DNA of 32,000 nt from Synechococcus sp. A15-24 (GCF_014280195.1 NZ_CP047960.1:480001-512000), one strand, 5' to 3'. Shown: positions 10,647-19,356, counted from the stretch's first letter. Made by a program: numbers and translations. The notes: generated by a model from the sequence alone, not told the origin.

Positions 10647-10931
10647 ATGGATCGCCTGCAGCAGCTGATTTTTTCCTTCTATCGGGAGGATCCCCTGATG
10701 GAGGAGCTGCTGGAACCCCTGCGGGATTGCCGCATGCGTCGCAGCTGGGGCAGCATTCGGATCGAATGCGTCGATGCAGCCCATTTCGAGCAGATGAGTG
10801 GCCTGCTGGTGCACCTGAGACTTCCCCTGGCGGCCCTGGGGCTGGGACGCCAGATCGTGCTGCGGGTGCCCGGATCGTTGCAGCGCAGCTATCCGATGCA
10901 TGTGCCGTTTCACAGCGATCAGCTGGCTTGA
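10647..10931 (+). CDS. hypothetical protein
   Basis: GC3-rich codon usage typical of the host. The track start at 10623 is TTG; the first ATG is 10647 (MDRLQQLIFSFY...). I recognised no family. Confidence 0.6.
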   Translation: MDRLQQLIFSFYREDPLMEELLEPLRDCRMRRSWGSIRIECVDAAHFEQMSGLLVHLRLPLAALGLGRQIVLRVPGSLQRSYPMHVPFHSDQLA

Positions 10932-10970
10932 GGTGGCCAACTAAGGTGAAGTATTCTGCGAGAACAGCTC

Positions 10971-11198
10971 GTGATTTCTGCAGGTGTGGATTCCAGTGAC
11001 CTCGCCAAGCGCGGTGAAAGCCTGATTCGGCAATCCAGCAACCGTTACCTCACCACAGTGCGCATTGCCTTTCGGGCCAAGCAACGCCGCTTTGATGACT
11101 TCGATGGGCTGCTGGAGGAATCCAGCGTGAAGCCCGTGCAGCGCGCCATCGTCGAGCTGAGCGACGAGCAGGATCAGCCCGACCTGCTGCCCGGCTGA
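10971..11198 (+). CDS. rpoZ: DNA-directed RNA polymerase subunit omega
   Basis: 75 aa with a GTG start. [35 protein letters not shown] and [13 protein letters not shown] match the cyanobacterial RpoZ pattern. Confidence 0.8.
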   Translation: MISAGVDSSDLAKRGESLIRQSSNRYLTTVRIAFRAKQRRFDDFDGLLEESSVKPVQRAIVELSDEQDQPDLLPG

Positions 11199-11211
11199 TT
11201 GCGGCGAGGAC

Positions 11212-11595
11212 GTGATTCAACAGGAGGGTCCCGGTTGGCGTTTGGCCCGGGATCCATCCCGCGGCGTTCATCCCGTCCTGATCGGAGGAGAGGGTTGGGC
11301 GTTTGAGCTGACCCAGCCCGAATGGGAGGCACTGTCCGATCTTGTGCTGACCCTGGAACGCCAGCATCGCGCGCTGGTGGATCAACTAATGGCCGAGGAG
11401 GCGATTGAGCTGGAGCTGGATCGCGGGCTCTGGTGGGGGTGTCTGCAGGGCGACCGCGGCAGCTGGAGCCTGTCCGTTGTGTTGACGCCGGACTCGGGAC
11501 GGGGTGTTGAGGGCCACTGGCCCGCTCCGGCAAGTGCGGCGATGGTCGCGGCGATGAGAACGCTGTGGGACACCACAATTGATCAGCGTGACTGA
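11212..11595 (+). CDS. conserved cyanobacterial hypothetical protein (DUF1818-like)
   Basis: 127 aa with a GTG start. GPGWRLARDP...LIGGEGWAFELTQPEWEAL resembles DUF1818 as I recall it. Host-like codon usage. Confidence 0.6.
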   Translation: MIQQEGPGWRLARDPSRGVHPVLIGGEGWAFELTQPEWEALSDLVLTLERQHRALVDQLMAEEAIELELDRGLWWGCLQGDRGSWSLSVVLTPDSGRGVEGHWPAPASAAMVAAMRTLWDTTIDQRD

Positions 11596-11647
11596 TCAAT
11601 GGGCGCTGATTGATCCCTTCCACCAGGCACCCCCGGCTTGTGCACAG

Positions 11648-11702
11648 CTTTTCCACAGGGGGTTGTTGCTGATGCGTCTGAGGGAGTGGGGCTGTGGAAA
11701 AG
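11648..11702 (+). other. long-stem hairpin followed by a T-rich tract (terminator or RNA element)
   Basis: cttttccacag (11648-11658) is the perfect reverse complement of ctgtggaaaag (11692-11702). The loop is 33 nt, and gtcgttttgtt follows. Confidence 0.35.
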
Positions 11703-11895
11703 GTCGTTTTGTTGGTCGCACTGGTTGACGAGTGGGCCTGCAGGTCGCACTGGCCTCTGGCTGGGTCCAGCCGTGGCCAGGACTGCAGTCAGAGCCTTGA
11801 TCTCAATCGGAGATCGATGCGAACAACAGGATCCGCTCCGCCCTTGACGCGGCCCTTGCCGTGTGGAGAACTGGTGAGCAATCGAGAGCGGTGAG

Positions 11896-12144
11896 ATGTC
11901 TCAACAGCCGGAGTCCATGGCCGTCGGTGATGACAGCGTCGTCAGTTTTCAAACAGAGATGCCTCTGCCGCTGCAGCAGGCCATGACCCGCTTCATCGAG
12001 GGACATCCCAACTGGGATCAATACCGGCTGGTGCAGGCAGCGCTAGCGGGCTTCCTGGTGCAGAACGGGGTCGAGTCCCGGGAAATCACGCGCGTCTACG
12101 TGGGCAACATGTTTCGGCGGGAAACGCTGCTGCACGGCGTTTGA
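11896..12144 (+). CDS. conserved cyanobacterial hypothetical protein (DUF2811-like)
   Basis: 82 aa. LPLQQAMTRFIEGHPNWDQYRLVQAALAGFLVQNG matches the DUF2811 pattern as I recall it. Confidence 0.6.
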   Translation: MSQQPESMAVGDDSVVSFQTEMPLPLQQAMTRFIEGHPNWDQYRLVQAALAGFLVQNGVESREITRVYVGNMFRRETLLHGV

Positions 12145-12265
12145 GTGCGGCAGCAGGCCATCAGGATCAGGGCGCTGAACGGAAGGCTCAACAGCAGGCC
12201 CAGGGAGGCACCGATCAGACCAAGCAGATTGATGCCGATGAGCAATCCCAGCAACGCCAGCACCT

Positions 12266-12877
12266 TCAAGCCTTCGGGCGCACCAGTTGCCGGCTGTGAT
12301 CCATCGCCTGAAGTGCTCTGTGGCGGTGATGCACCAGCAGCGGTAGGGCCAGGACCTGGCTGAACAGCCAGGCCAGCATCAGCAGCCCGCCGCTCACCAC
12401 CACCAGTCCAGCGAGGGTGGTGCTCATCCGGCCTGCCGCCCAGCTCAGGGTCTTGATCAGGGCCAGACCCCCCAGAAGCAGCAGCAGCTCGAGCAGCACC
12501 AATCCTGTGGCCTGCCGCAGCATCCAACCCCAGCGGAGTGGAGGCTTGGATGTCGACTCCGCCGGCAAAAGCTGGTCCGCCAGGCACAACAGAGCAAGCA
12601 GGGGCAGTAGGGGTAGCACCAGGCTCGCTGCCACCATCAGATCCCCGAGCCAGCCAAAGCCGAGCTGGCGGAGATCCTCCCCAAGTAACGCCGGACCGAT
12701 GGCGCTCAGCAGTAGCGCGCTGGCCAGGCCCACACAGCGCCAGGGCGCTTTTCCAAAGCCGATCCAGGCCCGGGGCAGCAGGGTGACCAGAGGCAGCTCA
12801 GTGGAGGGGGCCAAGGCGTTCCAGCAGGTCGGCGGCCGTGGCATCCGGTACCGGCAGGATCGAGAGACGGTTGCCAC
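12266..12877 (-). CDS. multi-pass membrane protein of unknown function, possibly truncated by a frameshift
   Basis: 203-aa ORF with several Leu-rich TM segments. The start is uncertain because the first ~27 codons overlap the 3' end of the EVE-domain gene. A further TM-like segment continues in the -1 frame past the stop (see findings). Confidence 0.6.
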   Translation of the reverse strand: MATVSRSCRYRMPRPPTCWNALAPSTELPLVTLLPRAWIGFGKAPWRCVGLASALLLSAIGPALLGEDLRQLGFGWLGDLMVAASLVLPLLPLLALLCLADQLLPAESTSKPPLRWGWMLRQATGLVLLELLLLLGGLALIKTLSWAAGRMSTTLAGLVVVSGGLLMLAWLFSQVLALPLLVHHRHRALQAMDHSRQLVRPKA

Positions 12878-13259
12878 GTTTGATCACCGGCAGTTGCTCC
12901 TCGCTGTACTGCTCCCGAAGTTGATCAAGGCTCAGCAGCTGCTGGAATTCCCCCAGAAACCGCAGCCTGGCGCAGTCCCAGCGGGGCTTGTCGCGGTTGG
13001 ATTTCGGGTCGTAGTACTTGGCATCAGGAACGAACTGGGTGGGATCCACCAGGCCGATCTCCTCCACCTCCATCAGACCGATGATCCCGGGGGGCTTGCA
13101 GTTCGAGTGATAAAAGAAAGCCTGGTCGCCGATGGCCATCGAACGCATGAAGTTGCGGGCCTGGTAGTTGCGGATGCCATCCCAGAGCGTGCTGCCTTCA
13201 CGACGGAGGTCGTCGATTCCATAGGCCTCGGGCTCGCTTTTCATCAGCCAGAAGGCCAC
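12798..13259 (-). CDS. EVE (PUA-like) domain protein
   Basis: VAFWLMKSEPEAYGIDDL...WDGIRNYQARNFMR is the canonical EVE/DUF55 N-terminus. I place the start at GTG 13259 rather than the track start 13289. Confidence 0.8.
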   Translation of the reverse strand: MAFWLMKSEPEAYGIDDLRREGSTLWDGIRNYQARNFMRSMAIGDQAFFYHSNCKPPGIIGLMEVEEIGLVDPTQFVPDAKYYDPKSNRDKPRWDCARLRFLGEFQQLLSLDQLREQYSEEQLPVIKRGNRLSILPVPDATAADLLERLGPLH

Positions 13260-13333
13260 GTGCACTCCCCTCACGATTAAAGACATCATCCGCGTTTCAG
13301 CCGGAATCGGGGGATCAATGGAGTCGATTTGTC

Positions 13334-14722
13334 TCAGCTCAACCCGCTCTGAACCTGATGAATCAGCTGTTTGAAGTGATCGCCGCGGGCTTCGAAGTCG
13401 CGGTATTGATCAAAGCTGGCGCACGCTGGTGAGAGCAGCAGGCTGGATGCCCCCAGCGCCTCAGCAGACCGCACCGCTTCCTTAACGGCAGAGGTTAGGT
13501 CTGTGCGGCGGGTCAGCTCTCCCGTGAAGTTTGCCCCTGTGATGAGCCCATGCAGCTCCTCGGCGCCGGCGCCGAACAGCACCACGGCGCATGCTTTGCG
13601 GTTCAGTTCCTCCAGCCAACCGCTGGCATCACCCTGTTTGGTGGATCCTCCCGCCAGCACCACCACCGGCCCCTGCATCGCCTTCAATCCCACCGCAGCA
13701 GCGTCGTAATTGGTGGCCTTGCTGTCGTTGAACACCTGCGCGTTTCTGATGCGCCCGAGCGGTTCGAGGCGATGAGGGACTCCCGGGAAGAAACGCAGCC
13801 CCGCTTCGATTGAGGCAGGGCTGAGGCCAATCTGCAGCGCCGCGGCGGTTACCAGCAGCAGGTTCTGGCGGTTGTGGGACCCCGGCATGGCCAGTGCTTC
13901 AGCGGGGAACAACGGCTGTGATTGATCACAGACCCAACCCTCGCCGTTGATCCACAGGTCGGCGGGTTGACCATCGGGTCGCGCCGACTCGGCGCTGACC
14001 CAGGTGCCACCAGTCCAGCTTTGGCGCTGCTGTCGCAGGTCTGGATCGTCGGCGTTGAAGATGGCGTGGTCCGAGCGTTCGAGCAGGCCGCGCTTGATTG
14101 CTCGATAGGCCTCCACCGTGCCGTGCCGTTCCAGGTGGTCCGGGGTGAGGGTGGTCCAGATGCCGATTCGGGGGCGGATGCGGTCGGCGGCTTCAATCTG
14201 ATAGCTGCTGAGTTCCATCACCAGCCAGTCGGGGGCGCAGGTTTGCTCCTGCTGCAGGGTCAGGGCCATTTCGGCGGCGGACACTCCCATGTTTCCGCCC
14301 ATGGGAGCTGCCAGTCCGGCTTGGGAGAGCACGTGGCTGAGCAGGTGGGTGACGGTGGTTTTGCCGTTGGTGCCGGTGATGCCCACCCAGGGGATGTGCT
14401 TCAAGGCGTCCCAGGCCACCGCCATCTCTCCATCCACGGCAACATCGCGTTGGCGTAAGTCTTCGAGTGTGGGGTGATCCCAGGGAATGCCCGGGCTGAT
14501 CACTACCCGCTGCAGTTGGTCCAGCCAGGGACGGAAGCTGTCGATCGCAAGCGGTGCCTGAAGTTGAACCTCGACACCCTGTTGGCGCAGCCCCTCTGCT
14601 TTCTTCTCGAGTTGCTCGCTCTGGCCCGAGTCGATCACGGCAACGGGATGGCCCGTTGCTTGCAGGAGGCGGGCCGCACCTTCACCCGAGCGCCCAAGTC
14701 CTACGACGACGGTTTGGACCAT
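13334..14722 (-). CDS. murD: UDP-N-acetylmuramoyl-L-alanine--D-glutamate ligase
   Basis: 462 aa. N-terminal VVVGLGRSGEGAARLL and the Mur ligase P-loop GITGTNGKTTV. Confidence 0.95.
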   Translation of the reverse strand: MVQTVVVGLGRSGEGAARLLQATGHPVAVIDSGQSEQLEKKAEGLRQQGVEVQLQAPLAIDSFRPWLDQLQRVVISPGIPWDHPTLEDLRQRDVAVDGEMAVAWDALKHIPWVGITGTNGKTTVTHLLSHVLSQAGLAAPMGGNMGVSAAEMALTLQQEQTCAPDWLVMELSSYQIEAADRIRPRIGIWTTLTPDHLERHGTVEAYRAIKRGLLERSDHAIFNADDPDLRQQRQSWTGGTWVSAESARPDGQPADLWINGEGWVCDQSQPLFPAEALAMPGSHNRQNLLLVTAAALQIGLSPASIEAGLRFFPGVPHRLEPLGRIRNAQVFNDSKATNYDAAAVGLKAMQGPVVVLAGGSTKQGDASGWLEELNRKACAVVLFGAGAEELHGLITGANFTGELTRRTDLTSAVKEAVRSAEALGASSLLLSPACASFDQYRDFEARGDHFKQLIHQVQSGLS

Positions 14723-14788
14723 CGATTACAAGCGAGCCAGATGCGCAGAAGCCTACGGGGATAAGTAGAAATACTAATAGTTGTTTTG

Positions 14789-14822
14789 AAAAAATTCTGC
14801 TGAGTGACACTTTCCAGCAGAA
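14789..14822 (-). terminator. rho-independent terminator after tRNA-Val
   Basis: On the minus strand: ttctgctg (14822-14815), a 12-nt loop, cagcagaa (14802-14795), then tttttt (14794-14789). It starts 25 nt downstream of the tRNA 3' end. Confidence 0.75.
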
Positions 14823-14846
14823 ATTAATTGCTGCTCTGATATGAAA

Positions 14847-14918
14847 TGGGCGATACTGGATTTGAACCAGTGACTCCTACAATGTCAATGTAGTGCTCTA
14901 CCCCTGAGCTAATCGCCC
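14847..14918 (-). tRNA. tRNA-Val (anticodon GAC)
   Basis: The reverse complement folds by hand into a cloverleaf: GGGCGAT TA GCTC AGGGGTA GAGC A CTACA TTGACAT TGTAG GAGTC ACTGG TTCAAAT CCAGT ATCGCCC A. All four stems are Watson-Crick paired. CCA is not encoded. Confidence 0.93.
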
Positions 14919-14990
14919 GAAACGAAGACAACCAACGTGCACTGTCGGTTGATTTCGGGATTTGAGATTAGCAGCAGGCCTGCCTGCACC

Positions 14991-15770
14991 TCAGCGGCGC
15001 ATCAGTTCAATTCGCCAGCGCTCCCGCTTGGTCAGAGTGCAGGACAACAGCTCCAGACAGCCGCGATCCTGCAGCTGCAGGCGATCACCCACCTTCAGTT
15101 CGCGACTCCCCTGGCGGACCGGTTCCCAGTTCAACCGCAGGCGTCCGGCCTTGATCTGACTGACCACCTTGGATCGAGACAGCCCGAATCCGGCTGAGGC
15201 AATGGCATCGATTCGGCAGGAGGCCTCCACGGTGGTGAGCTGTTTGGGATTGCGTTGGGCCGGCAACTGCAGCTGCGTGATCTCGACCACGTCGCAGTGA
15301 ATCTCCACATCCCGCAGCCGGCCGCGGCGCCCCTGCAGCAGCTCGGCCGCATCCGGGCTGATCAGTCCCTGACCACCGCGATCGCCGCGCACCCAGAGGT
15401 CGCCGAGATCCTCCGGCTGGGCTCCCATGTTGTGCAGGGCCGATCGCAGATCCTCAGGCGTTAGGGGGTCAAACAGAAAGTTGCCTTCGATCAGAAGTCC
15501 CTGGATCGGGGGGGTGCTCTCCACAGGCTGATCGCGGCGATGACAGAGCAAGCGGCAACGTTCGGCGCCTGGGTGACCACCGTCGCGGTGCCAGGCCAGT
15601 TCGCTGAGGTCACTCAACCGCTCCAGCGCTTCCTCCTGGAGGGGGGCGTCAAGAAAGGGGCTCCAGCTCGGTTGCCAAGTGCGAAGCACCTGCTCGGCCA
15701 GATCCAACAACACGGCCAGGCCCTCGGGATGACGGGCCTTGGTCAACAGGTCTTCCCGCGGCAGCCTCAC
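14991..15770 (-). CDS. S4-domain RNA-binding protein (YlmH / photosystem II S4 domain protein type)
   Basis: 259 aa. The C-terminal RIDAIASAGFGLSRSKVVSQIKAGRLRLNWEPV is an S4 motif. The overall layout matches the cyanobacterial PSII S4 domain family as I recall it. Confidence 0.75.
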   Translation of the reverse strand: MRLPREDLLTKARHPEGLAVLLDLAEQVLRTWQPSWSPFLDAPLQEEALERLSDLSELAWHRDGGHPGAERCRLLCHRRDQPVESTPPIQGLLIEGNFLFDPLTPEDLRSALHNMGAQPEDLGDLWVRGDRGGQGLISPDAAELLQGRRGRLRDVEIHCDVVEITQLQLPAQRNPKQLTTVEASCRIDAIASAGFGLSRSKVVSQIKAGRLRLNWEPVRQGSRELKVGDRLQLQDRGCLELLSCTLTKRERWRIELMRR

Positions 15771-16273
15771 AGATCGTTCAGGCGCACCACCTGCTGCGGG
15801 CGGCTGCGTTGCACCACCTGCCAGGGCGCTTCGATGCCGTTGGGGGTCTCCACCAGCACCAGCCAGGAGCCTTCATCGCGTCGGTTGCGCAGGATGCGCA
15901 CGCCGGCTTCGTTGTCGGAATCCACGCTGGCCGCCGCGGCGTAACTGCCCATCAGGCCGGAACCCATTCCCATCAATCCACCGATCAGTGTTTCCCCCCA
16001 CGGCCCGAAGGCGGCAAAAGTGGTGAGGTTGGTGATCTTGGTGAAGGTCACGCCGGCCAGAAACCCGAAGGGCATCAGCCAGCGGGCCATGGCCTTCTGG
16101 CGCCGTTGGCGGGTGAGGTTGGGACTGAGCAGGGCCACGCTGTCGATGACGTCCCCCTCCGGCGGAATCGCCTGGCACATCAGCAGGGGAACGTCTGTGT
16201 CCCGCAGCTGCTGGGTCAGTCCTTCGGCTGCCGCTTGATCGGACAGAACCACGACGCAGACGGGCATTCGCAC
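15767..16273 (-). CDS. hypothetical membrane protein
   Basis: 168 aa with Gly-rich hydrophobic segments in the middle (WLMPFGFLAGV, LIGGLMGMGSGLMGSYAAAA). There is a 4-nt overlap with the downstream S4 gene. This is the opposite strand of the spurious 5' extension of the serA ORF. Confidence 0.55.
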   Translation of the reverse strand: MRMPVCVVVLSDQAAAEGLTQQLRDTDVPLLMCQAIPPEGDVIDSVALLSPNLTRQRRQKAMARWLMPFGFLAGVTFTKITNLTTFAAFGPWGETLIGGLMGMGSGLMGSYAAAASVDSDNEAGVRILRNRRDEGSWLVLVETPNGIEAPWQVVQRSRPQQVVRLNDL

Positions 16274-16369
16274 ACAGCTTGTGGCTTGAATTCTGAACCC
16301 TGTCCTTCGAAGTTCCGGGGCAGTGAATGCCGATCACTACAGTTCGGCGCGGCAGTACCGCGCCCAGCG

Positions 16370-17956
16370 ATGTCCAAAGTTCTGGTTTCCGACCCGATTG
16401 ATCAGGCCGGGGTCGACATTCTCAGCCAAGTGGCTCAGGTGGACCAGCGTCCTGGTCTCTCCCCCGAGGAACTGGTCAGCGTGATCGGTGATTACGACGG
16501 ATTGATGATCCGTTCCGGCACCCAGGTGACCGCCGAGGTGATCGCGGCTGCATCCAAGCTCAAGATCATCGGTCGCGCCGGGGTCGGTGTGGACAACGTC
16601 GATGTGCCGGCGGCCACCCAGCGCGGGGTGCTGGTGGTGAATTCCCCTGAGGGCAACACCATTGCGGCGGCGGAGCATGCCCTGGCGATGATGCTGTCAC
16701 TGTCGCGGCACGTGCCCCAGGCCCATGCGGGTATGCGGGCCGGCAAGTGGGATCGAAAGAAATACGTCGGCAACGAGCTCTACAAGAAGACGCTTGGCGT
16801 GGTGGGTCTGGGCAAGATCGGCTCCCATGTCGCCCGCGTCGCCCGGGCTATGGGCATGGAGGTGATCGCCTATGACCCCTTCATTGCTGCTGATCGCGCC
16901 CAGCAGATGCAGGTGCGGCTCACCGAGCTGGATGAGTTGTTCCGCACTGCGGATTACGTGACCTTGCACATCCCCCGCACCAAGGACACCGAGAACCTGG
17001 TGAATGCGGAACTGCTGCGCACGATGAAACCCACGGCGCGGATCGTGAACTGCGCCCGGGGTGGCGTGGTGGATGAAGCGGCCATCACTGAGGCCATCAA
17101 CAACGGCGTTATCGCCGGTGCCGGTTTGGATGTGTATGCCAGCGAGCCACTGGCGGAGGACTCACCCCTGCGGGCGGTGGAGCGCGGGTTGGTGCTGACC
17201 CCTCACCTCGGCGCTTCGACGGAGGAGGCTCAGGAGAATGTGGCGATCGATGTGGCGGAACAGATCCGCGATGTGTTGCTGGGCCTGCCGGCACGCAGTG
17301 CCGTCAACATCCCCGGCCTGAGCGCCGAGATCATGGAGCGGCTGAAGCCGCACCTGCAACTGGCGGAGACCGTCGGCGGACTGGTGAGTCAGCTGTCCGG
17401 TGGTCAGGTTCAGGAGTTGGAACTTCGGTTGCAGGGGGATTTCGCCAGCCATCCCTCCCAGCCGCTGGTGATCGCCTCCTTAAAGGGTCTGCTGGGGGCG
17501 GTGCTGGGGGACAGCATCAATTTCGTGAATGCCTCGTTGGAGGCCAAGGCCCGAGGCATCCGCGTGCTGGAGGTGAAGGATGAGGCCAGCCGTGATTACG
17601 CCGGCGGCTCGCTGCAGCTGATCAGTCGCGGTGATCAGGGCAGCCGCAGCGTCACCGGGGCTGTGTTCGCTGATGGGGAGCTGCGGATCACCAGCATTGA
17701 TGAATTCCCGGTGAACGTGACCCCCAGCAGTCACATGCTGTTCACCCGCCACCGGGACATGCCCGGCATCATCGGTCAGCTGGGATCGATGCTCGGCGAG
17801 CACAACGTGAACATCGCGGCGATGCAGGTGGGACGCAAGATCATCCGTGGTGATGCGGTGATGGTGCTCAGCATCGATGACCCGATCCCGGCAGCGTTGT
17901 TGCAGACGATCACCGCGATTGACGGCATCCAGGAAGCCCATCCGGTCAGCCTCTGA
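16370..17956 (+). CDS. serA: D-3-phosphoglycerate dehydrogenase
   Basis: 528 aa counted from ATG 16370 (MSKVLVSDPID). NAD-binding motif VVGLGKIGSHVA, plus GRAGVGVDNVD. ACT-like C-terminus. Confidence 0.95.
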   Translation: MSKVLVSDPIDQAGVDILSQVAQVDQRPGLSPEELVSVIGDYDGLMIRSGTQVTAEVIAAASKLKIIGRAGVGVDNVDVPAATQRGVLVVNSPEGNTIAAAEHALAMMLSLSRHVPQAHAGMRAGKWDRKKYVGNELYKKTLGVVGLGKIGSHVARVARAMGMEVIAYDPFIAADRAQQMQVRLTELDELFRTADYVTLHIPRTKDTENLVNAELLRTMKPTARIVNCARGGVVDEAAITEAINNGVIAGAGLDVYASEPLAEDSPLRAVERGLVLTPHLGASTEEAQENVAIDVAEQIRDVLLGLPARSAVNIPGLSAEIMERLKPHLQLAETVGGLVSQLSGGQVQELELRLQGDFASHPSQPLVIASLKGLLGAVLGDSINFVNASLEAKARGIRVLEVKDEASRDYAGGSLQLISRGDQGSRSVTGAVFADGELRITSIDEFPVNVTPSSHMLFTRHRDMPGIIGQLGSMLGEHNVNIAAMQVGRKIIRGDAVMVLSIDDPIPAALLQTITAIDGIQEAHPVSL

Positions 17957-18843
17957 TGTGGTGGCGTCTGACGATGGCCTGTCCTCCTCAGCTGGAGGAG
18001 TCGCTCGTTTGGAAACTGACTGACCTGGGCCTGCACCGCCATGCGGTGCAGCACGCGCCGGAGACGCCGGATCAGAAGCAGCTGTTGCTGTGGTTGCCGC
18101 AGCCGGAATGGCCTGAAGCGGAACGTCAGCAGCTCCTGGCCAGTCTGGAGCCCCTGGCGGAACCCTTCGGGTTGCCGCAGCCGCAGGGCCACTGGGATGA
18201 CGTGGCGGATGAGGACTGGAGCCTGAGCTGGAAGCAGCACTGGCAGCCGGATCCGGTGGGGGAGGGGCTGCTGATCCTGCCGGCCTGGCTGGAGGTGCCA
18301 CCCGAGCACGGCGAACGGCTGGTGATCCGCATGGATCCAGGCAGCGCCTTCGGCACCGGCAGCCACCCCACAACGCGCCTTTGCCTCGAGGCGCTGGAGC
18401 AGGCTCCACCCGTCGGCGCCCTGGTGGCGGATCTGGGTTGCGGTAGCGGGGTGCTGGGGTTGGCGGCCCTGGGATTGGGAGCCACTTCCGTGGTGGCGGC
18501 TGACACCGATTCCCTGGCGGTGCGGGCCACAGGCGACAACCGCGAGCTCAACGGACGCCCCGCCGATCAGCTGAAGGTAAGCCTGGGATCGGTGGAGGCC
18601 CTGCAGCACCTGCTGGAGGGACGTCGGGCCGATCTCTTGCTGTGCAACATCCTGGCGCCGGTGATCGAGGCGCTGGCTCCAGGGTTCGAGGCTCTGGTGG
18701 CCCCTGAGGGTCGTGCGCTGCTGAGTGGCCTGCTGGTGGACCAGGCCCCCAGGCTGGAGCAGGTGCTGGGGGACCTGGGCTGGCGAGTGTCGGCACGGGG
18801 CTCCCAGGGGCGTTGGGGCCTGCTCGAGATTCAGCGCCGCTGA
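17956..18843 (+). CDS. prmA: ribosomal protein L11 methyltransferase
   Basis: 295 aa. IRMDPGSAFGTGSHPTT and the SAM motif VADLGCGSGVLGLAAL. The start overlaps the serA stop (TGATG). Confidence 0.9.
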   Translation: MWWRLTMACPPQLEESLVWKLTDLGLHRHAVQHAPETPDQKQLLLWLPQPEWPEAERQQLLASLEPLAEPFGLPQPQGHWDDVADEDWSLSWKQHWQPDPVGEGLLILPAWLEVPPEHGERLVIRMDPGSAFGTGSHPTTRLCLEALEQAPPVGALVADLGCGSGVLGLAALGLGATSVVAADTDSLAVRATGDNRELNGRPADQLKVSLGSVEALQHLLEGRRADLLLCNILAPVIEALAPGFEALVAPEGRALLSGLLVDQAPRLEQVLGDLGWRVSARGSQGRWGLLEIQRR

Positions 18844-18951
18844 GACCGGAAAAGTAATAAGCCAGGCTTATCAGTGGATGGTCTCCGATTGGACCTGATC
18901 GGTCGCAGGCCCAGAACCCGCGGGATCACCCCTGTCTGCAGTAGATAAGTG

Positions 18952-18967
18952 CGGTCCTGCAGGACCG
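18952..18967. promoter_or_regulatory. 16-bp perfect palindrome in the petF upstream region
   Basis: cggtcctgcaggaccg equals its own reverse complement. It ends 33 nt before the petF ATG and lies just downstream of a TAGATA -10-like hexamer (18942-18947). Confidence 0.3.
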
Positions 18968-19000
18968 GCCAACCGGGACCCTGTACGCATTCACCAAGTC

Positions 19001-19300
19001 ATGGCTTCCTACAAGGTCACCCTGGTCAGCGAGAGCGAAGGTCTCAACAAGACCATCGAAGTGCCCGACGACCAGTACATCCTCGACGCTGCTGAAGAGC
19101 AGGGCATCGACCTGCCCTACTCCTGCCGCGCTGGCGCTTGCTCCACCTGCGCCGGCAAGATCACCGCTGGCACCGTCGATCAGTCCGACCAGAGCTTCCT
19201 GGACGACGACCAGATCGAAGCCGGTTTCGTGCTCACCTGCGTGGCTTACCCCACCTCCGACTGCACCATCAAGACCCACGCCGAGGAAGAGCTTTATTGA
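19001..19300 (+). CDS. petF: plant-type [2Fe-2S] ferredoxin I
   Basis: 99 aa. [12 protein letters not shown]...LTCVAYP supplies the four cluster cysteines. Typical MASYKVTL start and EEELY end. Confidence 0.97.
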   Translation: MASYKVTLVSESEGLNKTIEVPDDQYILDAAEEQGIDLPYSCRAGACSTCAGKITAGTVDQSDQSFLDDDQIEAGFVLTCVAYPTSDCTIKTHAEEELY

Positions 19301-19332
19301 GCCCTTCACCCAATCTCGGGTTTTCACTTCAA

Positions 19333-19356
19333 CCACCCCTGCGGGGGTGGTTTTTT
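19333..19356 (+). terminator. rho-independent terminator of petF
   Basis: Stem ccacccc/ggggtgg (19333-19339 with 19344-19350), loop tgcg, then tttttt (19351-19356). Confidence 0.85.

Noticed and set aside
15809-16369. 5' extension of the serA ORF (the track gives 715 aa)
   Set aside because: The extension is Gly/His/Ala/Pro-rich, overlaps a better minus-strand gene (15767-16273), and precedes a canonical MSKVLVSDPID start at 16370.
17480-18609. Two long minus-strand ORFs (309 and 277 aa) antisense to serA/prmA
   Set aside because: They give Pro/Ala/Arg-rich nonsense-like sequences opposite two well-supported genes.
18857-18871. Hairpin ataagcc-a-ggcttat after prmA as a terminator
   Set aside because: It has an AT-rich 6-bp stem with a 3-nt loop and no T-tract, which is too weak to call.
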